Source: the human T2T-CHM13v2.0 reference genome, Homo sapiens. From it: a stretch of 64,000 bases of DNA. The notes under the pieces were generated by a model. That model was given only the letters and a program-made list of their open reading frames with translations, was not told the DNA's origin and made no database searches. Positions within the stretch are counted from its first letter, which is position 1; each line of letters begins with the position of its first letter. The DNA lies in assembly GCF_009914755.1 (NCBI RefSeq), contig NC_060925.1, one strand, 5' to 3'. Both the position numbers and the translations under genes were made by a program. Below are positions 24,163 to 36,769 of the stretch, piece by piece.

Positions 24163-27100
24163 CATTCGTAACATTAAAGCATCCTATGCACAGGTTACTT
24201 TTATCAACATATATATAATGGGTATCTTTCAGAATTGTTATACGTAGAGTGCCATAATCATTTTAACAGGTGCTTAAAAATCTCTTATATTTATAATGAT
24301 TGATTTAACCAGCATTCTAAGTATGAATAAATTTTCTTAAGTCTTTTATAATATGAATAAACTATGATTGTGGTGATTAAACTATATGTACATATTATAT
24401 TTCAAATATCATTGTGGTAAGTTCCCAGTAGTTATTTTGTTTGGTCAAAAATAACTACTTTTAGTTATGATACACATTTACCCACAATGAATGGGTAAAT
24501 ACTTGGATCAACTATAATACTTGTATTAACTTGCACTCCCAGCAACACTGAATGAAATATTTCTTCACTCTCTTTTTAAAAGTTGGCTAATATTAACCTC
24601 AAAATTACTTGAATTATTCAACAATTCAAAACATAAAAACTATAGATTAATTTCATTAAGTATGCTATGAAATTTACATAGTATATGTTTCCATGAATTT
24701 AACAATCATATCATGTATATTTTTAACATAAATGCTATTTTAATGTAAATGCTTAAAGCTTTTTCCCATTTTTTGTTTCAAAATCCTTTATTTTATGCAA
24801 TATTTTATTTTGTGTACTTCTTCTTTTGTCATAGGTAAATATTTTCCAAGTCTTCAATGTGTCATGCAAATATTTATCAAATTCTTATACAATTGTAACA
24901 TTTGTGTTTAATCAAAACTTTAATTATTATACATTTTATATAATTTTAAAATATACATATAATCAAAATGATTAATTTGCCATTTAAATAAATTATTTCA
25001 TTTTCTATATTTACATATTAAAATGAACTAAGACTTACTTTTACAAAATAACAATAAAGTAGATTTGTACAGTACAACTACAAGTGGGCAAACTGTGAAT
25101 AATGTTCCTCAGAAAATATGAGCACTTACTTTGTTTCAGCCAATAGTGTTTTGCTCTCTGTTTTAAGTTATTTTAGTTCACGGTTGATGCCTGTAAATGT
25201 ACTTTTACAAAATGATCTGTCTTAACAGCCTTTGCATACAGCGTGATATTCATGATATTTAATAAGCAGTAATCAGTCAAGGTGAATGCCAGTGACTAGA
25301 AGAAGAGTGTTGGGGAACCACTGCTATGGCGTGTCTCAATTCCTCATTGTATGATACTAGGGAGGGCCTCAAAAACTGTATGGCTAGAGTGGCCGCTGAT
25401 GGGGAAAGGGAAACATTCAGGGAGATCAGTATGAAAATAATTCAATATTTTATCATGCATTACAGATATCAGATACCAAAACACACCAGATGAATAGTAG
25501 ATTGTTTCATCTCAATTTTCTATTTTATAGGGATAGAAAGCTGAAGTACTATATTTTTTGTTTAAATTCAGAATTTAGCCCTCTTACTTTTTATGTCAGA
25601 TGTATAATGATTTCTATTTCATTCAAATAGTCCTATTTTCTTGTTAGAGATGATGACCATCTGATTTTTCTGTTTTATTTTTAAGGCTATTTAGTAGTCA
25701 GTTGAAAGTCTCAAACTACTGTTTTTGAAAGTGAAAGTGGTTATAAACATCCTTGTATTGTTCTCACATGTCTATACTGGTAACATTTTATACAAACTTG
25801 GACTATAAGCCCCAGTAAGCAAGCCCCCTAACTGGGGAAGATTAATAAAAAATAATTTTAAAAGCCCAACAAATGCTCAGCAACAAAATTATATTCAACT
25901 ACATAAAGAAAAATATACAGCTTTTATTCAAAACTGTGAATCAAACAATATTAAATATAAAATTTTGATCTGCTACTTTGTGTGAATTAAGTGTTTACAT
26001 AATGAATAGTATAACTGTTCATGAAATTAATGGACATTAAATGTATCTAATAGGTGTCAATTTTGTGGCCAGGAGCATATTTGGGTCTTTGTCTCCAAAA
26101 CAGTAACAAACATAGAAAAAAATTGCTTTAATTGGATTATTTCTAATTATTGAGAAAAAAATCACATTTTGCAAAGTCAAAATTTAGTCTAATTAAAGAA
26201 ATAAAAAATATGTCTGGGTTAACCTTAAATTAATAGCAATAACATTGATAATTTTACTTTACAACAATTATAGTTTTCTTTGTATTTTTCCATTTAATAT
26301 GAAACTTGATCTTCAAAAATAACCCTCGGAGGAAAACAGAACAGTTTTATTATCATGAGTTTTCAAATAAAATGTGTCTCCCAAGGTCAAAAGCCTGGAA
26401 AACGTCAGATAAAGACCTAAATTGATGTATTCTATCTTTCCTTGTGCTCTGTTAAATTCACCATTTTTATTTTAAAATACACCTAATACAAATACTAAAC
26501 ATAGAAATTGGCTCAATTTTCAAATGAACTGTGTTTCTTAATACCTAATTCTCACATTTTTCCTGGTATTTTATGTAATCCACATTGAATTAAGATCAAC
26601 TACATATATGGATTATGGATTCAAGTAAAGCAAAATCTTTGTAAATCTCACTCTATTCATTTATAACATAGGGATTATTATTACATCGTGATGTGACTAA
26701 ATAGTTTACCTTGCACAAAGTTTTTAGAGCAGGATCTGAAACAAATTAAGTTATGTAACTGCAAAAAAGTGGTTGCAGTAAGAATGGTTTTCAAAACAAG
26801 TAATTATGTAACACCAAGGATATGTTGAGCATAGGGTTAAAATAGTCTTACATCTGGCATATACTTGTAGCATTTGCCAGATATAATACCTGTTCAAAAT
26901 GCTATTACATAGATACCACTTTAGATATAGGATTTGCAATTGCCAGATCAGTTTTTCAAACCCTAAATTCTAAACTCTGATGGCCACTTTTCTTCAAGAA
27001 AAAATTACATAGATTCATTGAACGTGCTGCAGACTATATATGAGCTCAGGCTATTCCACACAATTTTTTCTTTGATTTGATTTCACTTGCAGGCTTTTTC

Positions 27101-27809
27101 ACTCATCCTCGCACATACCTATTAATAGTACAGGCCAATTATTCTATATTTAAATATTTAATTTCAGCTTTTGAAATGGAGTATATTTTAATTAGAAAAA
27201 TAAAAGGAGTTAATGTATTTACAGACTCCAACAAATAATATCAAAAGGTTTTTGTCCACTTCATTTACAAAAGTAGAGCCATTTATTTCATTGGCCTTGA
27301 GCAAAATTTATGTCCTAACGTCCTACGTATGATAAAAATATAGTAATTATACACTGTGTACGAATGTTTATTTAGCATATTATTAGCTGAAATAAACTAA
27401 CTTTTCCTCTATTCATGAGCTACTTCTATGATGATCACACTCAGCTGACAAATAACCAACTTGTAATGAAGTGGAGTTTGATGTCTAATGACCTCTCTAC
27501 TTTTGCCTGCAAGCCTGGCTAACTGAGTCTGGAAATAAGTAAGGTAAGACACAGACAGACATCCACATTAACTACTAAAAACTAGAGCAGGGCACCTCTT
27601 CCATAAAAGGAAAATTGTAAACAGAAATCAGCTAGGATAACAGCGCAACGAAATAAAGAGTCATTTGGCTGCCATCCACTGGGCATTGAGCAAACCCATT
27701 AAGAGAGTAAGTAAATGGCTCATTCCTCACTTAGCTGCCTCAAACTGGTAACAACTCAAGCTATTTGCTTCTCAGAACTCACATGAGATATGTCTTCTCA
27801 GAACTCATA

Positions 27810-27940
27810 TCTGTTTCTCTGTGGTCTGTTTTGCTTTAGGGAGGCTGTTATCCCAAAAGTGTATTTCAAAAGCTCCCTGGCCAGCTGTTTTCTGGTTGTT
27901 TCGTGAGTGGGAGGCATTGGTGGAAAGTGATGAAAGACAG
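27810..27940 (+). mobile_element. LTR33-like ERVL fragment
   Basis: tatttcaaaagctccctggccagctgttttctggtt...tgggaggcattggtggaaag. Confidence 0.4.
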
Positions 27941-27989
27941 GTGACTCTATGCTGCTTTTGCTGGCTGCCTATCTAGCTGGGTGCAGACT

Positions 27990-28800
27990 TTTAGATTGGC
28001 AGGGTTTTTGTTTTTGTTTTTTCTCCCCCTTTAACACTTTAAAGACATTTTTCCTTTGTTTTCTGGCCTCCTTCGTTTCTGCCAAGAAGTCATCCATTGG
28101 TCTTGTCACTGTCTGCATGTAATATGCCTCTTTCCTCTGGCTGCTTTTAATATTTCTTTTTTCTCTGTGCTCTCACCAGTGTGAAACCAATGTGTCCGGG
28201 TATAGTTGGGTTTTGTTTTGTTTTTGTATGTATTTTGCTTTAGTCACTGAGTTTCTTGGATAAGTAGGTTGATGTTTTCATAAATTTTGGAAAATTCTCA
28301 GCTAGTGTCATTTCAGATATGTTTTTCTGCCCTACTCATAGTCTCCTCTCCTTCTGGGCCTCAAACTACGTGCATATTAGGTTAGTTGATACTACCCTAC
28401 AGATGCCAAATGCCCTGTTTCATTTCTGTTTTTTCTCCTAATTGTAATTCAGTTTCGATAATTTATGTTGACCTTTTTAGCAAATTCATTGATTCTTTTC
28501 AGCCTACTCTTAGTGTATATAACAAATTTTTCATTTCTGATATTGCATTTTTCACTTTTAGCATTTCCTCATATTTCTTTCTTATAATTATCATCTCTCT
28601 CTGATTAAATTTCCTATGTGATAATGGCTGTTCACCTTTTCAAGTAAGTCCGAGTTAGTTTCAGATCCCTGGCCGGGGGAAAGAAAAAGAACATCTGGAA
28701 CTCCTGGAACTTTTGTGGCTCTCCTGGTACACTTTCATTTCCTGTTTTCCATCTTTATCAAGGGTCACATTTTCTTGCATCTTAGCTTGTCTTCTGATTT
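27990..28800 (-). mobile_element. L1M 5'/ORF1 region, decayed (probably extends to ~30200 around younger insertions)
   Basis: ttttctggcctccttcgtttctgccaagaagtca...tggctgcttttaatatttc...aaattttggaaaattctcagcta. Confidence 0.7.
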
Positions 28801-28868
28801 TTTAAAAAAGAATAAAAGAATTTATTTAAGACAGAATATATATAAAAATGCCATACACACAGTATAGA

Positions 28869-29180
28869 TCAGTAGTTGGAGTATAATTTTATAAAGGACT
28901 AAATGGTAAATACTTCAGGTTTTGCAGTCCATATAGCCTTGATTGGTACTAGTCAACACTGCTATTGTAGCACAAAAGCAGCTATGGATAATATGCAAAG
29001 GAATTGGTGTCTGTGTTCCAATAAAACCCTATTTGTAGACACTAACATTTGAATTTGATGAAATTTTGATGTCTCATGAAAATTCCTTTTAATTTTAAAG
29101 CGTATAATTACGTAAAAATAATTTCTAGCCAACAGGCTTTACCAAAACTTCATTCATGAGTCATAGTTTGTTGACCCCTG
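28869..29180 (+). mobile_element. MER58B (hAT-Charlie MITE)
   Basis: tgctattgtagcacaaaagcagctatggataatatg...tgtgttccaataaaac...catagtttgttgacccctg. Confidence 0.85.
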
Positions 29181-29193
29181 ACATATTTCAGTG

Positions 29194-29396
29194 CAGGGTG
29201 TGCCATCTTTTGGCTTCCCTGGGCCACACTGGAAGAAGATTTGTCTTGGGCCACATATAAAATACACTAACATTAACAATAGCCAAGGAGCTAAAACAAA
29301 AGAATCTCATCATGTTTTAAGAAAGTATGTGAATTTGTGTTGGGCCACATTCAAAGCTGTCCTGGGCCACATTGGGCCATAGGTTGAACAAGCTTG
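29194..29396 (+). mobile_element. MER30 (hAT-Charlie MITE)
   Basis: cagggtgtgccatcttttggcttccctgggccacactggaagaag...gggccacattcaaagctgtcctgggccac...aacaagcttg. Confidence 0.9.
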
Positions 29397-29688
29397 GTTT
29401 AATGGAAGTAATTTTTACCCATATAAGAAAGCATGCTCTTTTTTTTTTTTTGCCTCAGGCTGCTAGGGTGGAGCTGAGTGAATTCAACATGTATTTGAAT
29501 TGGAACTTGATTTTGCTGTAACTTGTCAGCTTTAATATATTAATGATTTCAAATAATTTGAAGATGGGATCAGAATTTTTTCTTACGGTATCTGGAATTT
29601 TAGCATTAGTAAGATTTCAGAAACTTATGTGTTTCTGCCCCCTGTAGCTTTTCAACCTATGGGATATTTTCTGTTCTTCATAGCTTAA

Positions 29689-30059
<371 letters not shown>

Positions 30060-30699
30060 CTATGGAGAGTTCTAGACTATGGAGGGTCATTGCAGTGCAT
30101 TTGCTGAAAACCAAGTGTGCCTTACAGAGAGTTCTCTTATCTCTGCTGAACCAACTTCACCTTCTGGTTTACTGTGCCTCTCCAGTCAGTGAAGCTGTGG
30201 GAAAGAGTAGATGTGCATTGTAGACACACTGAGGATGGAAGACTTTAGAATTCTAATACATCATACCAAGTCACATGAATCTATCATAAACTTATTTACT
30301 CTTAGTTTCTCCTTACCCCCATCTAGTGTGAATCACTCTTACTCTCCCATTCTGCCAATGGAAGTTATAATAGATCTCTTTTTTTTTTCTGATAAAACTA
30401 TACTTTTTCTTTTTCTTTTACTGTCTCTCTGTTTGTCCCATTTCTTTTGTCTAGAGTTGGAAAAATTATCATCTACAACTTTCTGTATCTTAACAATAAA
30501 CATAAGTACACATTTAATTATTTTAATCAGAAGAATGTAGTGCTAAGACTTTTATTTTTAGTTAATACCGTCCACAGTGTGAGGAAATGAGTAAAAGGGC
30601 ACTGGATTTAATAAAGAAAATTAAGATATGGTCCAAAGTTATGGAAAAGGGACTAAGAAAAGTAGATAGATCAGAGATATATTCAGGATTCCTCAGTTT

Positions 30700-31992
30700 C
30701 TATTGTCAAATAATTCACATTCTGTTTTCAATAAAAATTTACAAGGGTTACTACATAAAATAAGAAATTAAAAAAACAATAAAACCCATCACATTCTTAA
30801 GAGACAAAGTATCAGAACGAGACTCATATGTTACACAGATTTTGCAACTGTAAAATAGGGAATTTAAAATAACTAATACTAGATAGTAAAGGTTCCAATG
30901 CAAAAATTAGACAATATGCAAGAACAGATAGTAAATGTAATAGGAAGATGGGAATTCCAAAAAAGAACTACAAGTAAGTGTTCAAAATTAAAGACACTGT
31001 AATATAAATAAAGAGTGCATTTAATTGGGTTCATCAGTAGTGTGGACATGACCAAGAAAAGAATCAGAGAACTTGGAGATAGGTCAATAAAAACTCCCCA
31101 AAACAAAAAGCAAAGACCAAAAAAAAAAAAAAAAAAAAATAGAGAGCGAGAAAATAAAAAATATGAAACAAAATTCCAAGAACTGTAAACTCTATGACAA
31201 TTATAAAAAGTGTAATATGCATAATGTGAAAAGCAGCAGGAATGTACGAAATAGTGGCTGAGAATATTTTAAAACTAATAATGGCATCAAAACACAGAGC
31301 TGGAAAACTCAGGAAACACCTAGAAGAATAAATAACAACAATAACACAAATCTAGATGTAGGCCTCTTATATTCAAGCTGCAGAAAACCAAAGATAAAGG
31401 GAAAATTTTAAAAAAAGCCAGGGGTGTGAGGAAGTAGGTGGGGAGCGATCTTGGAAAAAACACCTTACTCATAGAGGAACAAAGATAAGAATTACATCAG
31501 ATTTCTCATGAGAAACTATGCAAGCAAGAATAGAGTGGAGTGATGTGTTTAAAATATTGAATAAAAAAACCTGAAATTCTGTATTTCACAAAATTAACCT
31601 TCAAAAGTGAAAAACAAACAATTTCTCAGACAAACAAAAACTGAAATTTGTCACCAGTAGCCCTGCCTTGAAAGGAATGTTAAAAGTTCTTTAGAGAGAA
31701 GAAAAAATGGCACAGCTCAGAAACCCAAATAGTTCATGTATATAAAATTCTGGAAAAAGGTAAAGGTTTAGAAATAGAGAACAAATTAGTGGTTTCCACG
31801 AGCTGAGTGTCAAGAAAGTAGGAAAGGGAGTGACTATAAAGGGGGCAAGGGGAACTTTTTGGAAAGGTGGAAGTATTCTGTATGTTGATTGCAGTGGTGG
31901 TTACATAACTTATGCATTTATCAGAATTAACGTGAACCTAAAAAGGTTGAATTTTACATTTCTGTACATATTGTCTCAATAAATCTGGCTTG
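30700..31992 (+). mobile_element. L1MC/MD/ME-type: ORF1 region joined directly to a 3' UTR end
   Basis: ORF1-like aaagaatcagagaacttggagataggtcaata and ctcagacaaacaaaaactga. From ~31730 the 3' end follows: tattctgtatgttgattgcagtggtggttaca...tctcaataaa. Confidence 0.75.
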
Positions 31993-34017
31993 AAGATTGT
32001 TTTGTAAAAATCATACAAAACTTGTGAGCTTTCTAATATTTTGAAATAACTAATTATATAAATATTAGGTAGTAGAACAAGTAACTCCAAAATCAAAACG
32101 AGATCTTAACTTTTGTCCAAATGTATCCCCATTTATAAATAAAACTTTTTCATGGAAACACTTGTGTTGGGGAGTTAAAATTTATTTATTCGGAAACCTA
32201 GATATTTTATCATTTAAGAATCAGACAGATTTTTAACATGTTTTCAACATATTTGTAAAAATTTTTTAATTTATTATAAACCTGCTTATAAGTATTTACA
32301 ATAAAGTAGGAATATGTCATACTATATTTCCTCTTTAAATTTATGAAAATATAAGGCTCTATTTCTTAATGCCTCACAAATATTTTCTATTTTTTTTCTC
32401 ATTCTTCAGGTTCAGCTTAAGTTGGGGCTTAAAAAGACCAATATGCATATTTTCTAGCAAATTGACTAAACTGAAATGGTTCTTCCAAGAGGATTTGGGG
32501 ACATTTATTAATTCTTATTTCAAAATGTTAAATGTTTGGCCCACTATCTTAAGCTATTAATTCCAAACAGCACAATAAACTGAAGACACTAAACGTTAAA
32601 AAGGGAAACATATCAGTTATATATTTTCCTAAGTATTGTTTATATTATAGATGATTGAAAGTTTTAGTTAAATTAGCCTGTAAACACCTTCAACTTGATA
32701 GTCACCCTTATCATTTAAAATTGTTTTATAAAAAATGCATTAGGAGTTATTCAGAAAAACCCCAAAGCACGTCAGACTTATTACTCTATTTTATGGATTA
32801 GAAAATTTACCAAAAGCTGGAAAATGAGTTGCCTTAAGTTACATATTGGTTCAATGGCAGAATAAGCTACTAAACTCAAACCCTCAGGGATTGCTTATTT
32901 CATTATTCAACAAAATCTCCTTTTGCTTACAGTTTTCATGGAATAAATTTAAATAGTGTAACCTATTAGATACATATTAGTTTAAGGAAATATTCACTGT
33001 CAGAATAAACACTAATTTATTTAAAGAATGAATAAATAAATCACTGCATTGAAATAGTTATCAAGGAATAGGATTCAATAAATCTTAATTTCTTCTTTTT
33101 AAAAAACACATAGGGTGTGAGGAGAAGCTGTCCTACTCCAAATTACAGAACAGAAAGCACATAAAAAGCAACGCCCAGACTAAAATCCCAACAGAATCTT
33201 TGGTACAGCAAGTTAACATATCCACTTAAGGATTGCAATTTGGAATTTGTAGTAAATAAAAGTATTTGAAATATTTATAATTATAGGCAGAGATGTAATT
33301 AACATACCTATAACTTTGTCATAGCAATAGGGAAAGATATCTTTAAAATCCAGATTGTATTTAAGTAAATAACATTTTTAAGTGAGGTGAAAGTTAGTAA
33401 ACTGCCAGAAAAGAAATTCAGATGCCAGTACTTAAAGCTTACTTTTGTCTGTGTATTGTTAAATGTCTATGAAGATAAAGAAAGACATAATTGTGTGCAC
33501 TAGTGCCAAGAACAGGTCAGTATCTATAACTTTTGGAGCCTTGCAAAATTTTTGGCAATCTGGGTACTAATCTAATAGTTTCCTAGTTGATTCTCCACAT
33601 AGAATCTTCAAAACTTTCAATCGTTCTTCACCCTAAACCCCACCTCTCACCTAGTCACACAGAAAACGAGAATACCTAATGGCATCTCCCCCAGTTTCCC
33701 CCCTTGGAAAACCTAAGCATTAACCATCATAGCCTGTAGTTGGCTTTTGTTGTCAAGTCTAAAACCTCAATGTTACAAATCTTCTCCACTTAGGGCTTAA
33801 TTCTAAGAGTGCTTAGCACAGACCCTATTGCATCACCATAGAGAGTATGATTCTTCAAAATCTTGTTATATAAAAATATAATTTCCTTTCACAATTAAAA
33901 ACAATGTAAATAAAATGTTCCATGACCCTGCTTTGTCAGCATACTGTTATCTTCTCTCTTTCCTTCTCTTAGGCTTCCTGAAAGACTTGCTTCTGAAAGT
34001 CAGAGCTCCTTCACTCC

Positions 34018-34938
34018 AGTTTTATTGAAGTATAATTGACAAATAAACATTGTATAAACACTGTATATATTTAAGGTGTGCAACATATTTTGATATTTGA
34101 ATATGTAACCAAAGGAAGGTCTGGATACTCACCACTTGCAGAGTCTAATTAACAAGATTGAGGTCTGGTAGAAAGAAAGTGATTTTATTAACCAAATCTA
34201 GTAATGAGGAAGTGGATGGATTCCTATCCAAAGCAACTGAGTTTCAGGGGGAAGGAAAGGGTTTAAAAAGGTAAATCTTAATGTGGAAATCATGCAAGAA
34301 TTTTGCTGAGTACAATGTCTGTGTGTCTTATTCCAGTGACTATCTTGGGCCCCACTCCACCTGGAGGGCAGGCCAGTGTCATCTCAACAATGGCCTGGTT
34401 GTTAACTAGTCCCCTTGAAGTATCTCTGGAATTTTTCAGCTGGGTCTGCAGGCTTGGTCTGTCTCTCTCAAGATTAGCCCCTCAAACTTCTAAGAAGGCA
34501 CATAATTGCATACTAGCATACAGTTAGATAAATGTGAAGGTAGTATAGATAGTGAGAAAGACATGGATGTGGAGTCTATTTTAAGGCTAAGGGAAAAGGC
34601 TTCTGCTGTTTGTTTCAATGTTATGTCTTAAAACTCAAGAAAAAGAAAAAAAAAGTCTTAAAATCTATTTTGAAATTAAGCTTCTCAGTGACATACACAT
34701 TGTGAAATGATTATCACAATCAAGATAGTTAACACATATACCATCTCACATAGTGTGTGTGTGTATGTGTGTGTGAGAGAGAGAAAGAGAGAAAACATTT
34801 AAGATCTACAGTCTTAGTAAATTTCTAGTACACATTACGGTATTATTAACTAGAGTTACCATGCTGTAGCTTAGATCTCCAGAATTTATTCATCCTGCAT
34901 AACTGAAATTTTGTGCCCTTTGACCAACATCTTCCCCA
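34018..34938 (-). mobile_element. L1MA8/9-type 3' end, split by an LTR
   Basis: ttttattgaagtataattgacaaataa...tttaaggtgtgcaaca, then cattgtgaaatgattatcacaatcaag...agatctccagaatttattcatcctgcataactgaaatttg. Confidence 0.85.
34104..34693 (-). mobile_element. ERV1 (MER4-group) solo LTR, subfamily uncertain (LTR49-like)
   Basis: TG...CA-bounded 590-bp insert cleanly interrupting the L1MA sequence; AATAAA on the minus strand near 34185. Confidence 0.7.
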
Positions 34939-35398
34939 GAGTTTTTTATTGTAACCAACATAAACAAATTCTGGCTATTTCATGCAAAACTAAGAAATCC
35001 TATTTTTAAAAAAATTAAAAAAAAAAAAACCACAAAAAACTAGAGAGCTTTCACAATTGAGAAGAGGTGGATGCCCTGTAAAATAAGTAGCAGGAATAAT
35101 TTATTCAGGACATCAGTTCTGCTCCTTGTGAACATGTGACTATACCCCTCTCTCGGCCGTGGTTACATGCTTCATTCCTCCTGGTGGAAATGCATTTTAA
35201 AAACATCTTTTTCTTTTGTGTCATTTGCCTCGATTACCTGAACCTGTCCTGTGTACCTGTGCCTTGGCTGGTGAGGCATTGAAAAAAGAAATCTCTCTTT
35301 TTAGGATACTGTAGTTAGAGCTGTGCCGCAAAACTAATTCTTTTTAATATTGAAGATCATGAGAAAATTCTTTAAAAATAGGAAGGGATAGACAATCT

Positions 35399-36693
35399 TA
35401 TGTTTAGCCCATTCAGGCTTTTATTACAAAATGGTATAATTTTGGAAACTTATAAACAACAGAAATTTATTTCTCACAGCTCTGGAAGCTGAGTATTCCA
35501 AGATCAAGGTGTCAACAGATTTGCCATTTGGTGAGAGGCTGCTTTCTCATAGATGACACCTTCCACCTTTGTCCTCATATGGTCGAAGAGGCAAACAAGT
35601 TTCCTTGGGCCCCCCTTATAACAATACCAATTCCATTCATCATGGGTCTGCCCTCATAACCCAATTACCTCCCAAAAGCCATACCTTCCAACATCATAAT
35701 TTTGGGGGCTAGGTTTCAATATATGAATTTTGGAGGATGCAAACATTCAGACCTGTTAACTAAAAAATCACAAAACTTACAAATTTGGAAAGGAGAGCTT
35801 GACTTTTTAAGAAGGGGATTACAGCCTGCAGGCAAGAAGCATAGCCACAGGCTGAGAATCCAAAAGTAAGCCCTTCAAGGGAGGGGAGGGTGGAACAGTA
35901 ATTTATGTTAAACGGGTTGGTCAAGTATAAATATTTAACAGGTTACAGGAGGAAACACGACTGTCTATGAAGGTAGTCATAATACATGCATAGTAAATAG
36001 ACATGTATGTTACACATGACCCATGTTCACCTGTCAGTGGAGAAACCATTTAAAGGTATTAAAATTAGGCCCTATATATCGAAAGGTAAAGCAGGGACAT
36101 GAAGGCATTCACATGCACAGCCTCTGTAAAACTGGCTAGAACCAGTCTATAGGCGGTGTTCTCTTACCAGGAGAAAGTTGCAGAAATCAGTGTCCTGTTC
36201 AACCAAAGCTGTAGTTAGTGGTTTATGAAACAGGGGTCAGTTAGCGAGTGTCTGGTGGTGAGCAGCAGTTGTTTTAATATTGCTTATCTCAAAGCCAGTG
36301 CTTGTTTAGCTATTAGAGGAGAAAACAACAACAACAAAACAGCAGCAGCAATAAAACCTTGTGGCAGTTAGAACATAGTTTATTCTTTAAGCGTAGAGGT
36401 GAATGACTTAATCCTTGCCTGGTATCACCTGAGGTCTTGTTTATAACTAGATATCTTCTTGCCACAAAGAGTCCGTTCTGTCAGTCTTATGACCTCTATT
36501 TTAACATTAATGCTAGTCAGTTGTGTTTAATTCACAAAAGGTGGGGAGTGTATAATGAAGTGTGTCCAACCTCCTATCCCATCATGGACAGGAACTCAGT
36601 TTCTAAGGTTTCTCTGGGGCCCCCATGGCCAACTGGGGTCTGTTCAGTCTGTTGGGGATTTAGGATTTTATTTTTAGTTCATAGACCCTAGCA
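35399..36693 (-). mobile_element. MLT1A-type MaLR solo LTR, interrupted near its end
   Basis: aacaacagaaatttatttctcacagctctggaagctg...aattacctcccaaaagcc...aaacattcagacc, then the insert, then gaccctagca. Confidence 0.85.
35754..36683 (-). mobile_element. ERV1 solo LTR, MER4D/MER49-like (~930 bp)
   Basis: Minus strand begins tatgaactaaaaataaaatcctaaatcccc...ttggccatgggggccccagagaaacc. Perfect 4-bp TSD gacc at 35750-35753 and 36684-36687. Confidence 0.85.
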
Positions 36694-36769
36694 AATTAGT
36701 GTCCAAACTTTAATCTCTGAATTACTTGTCAATAGCATTCTTTATTTCTAAATTTACTACCAGATGGCT

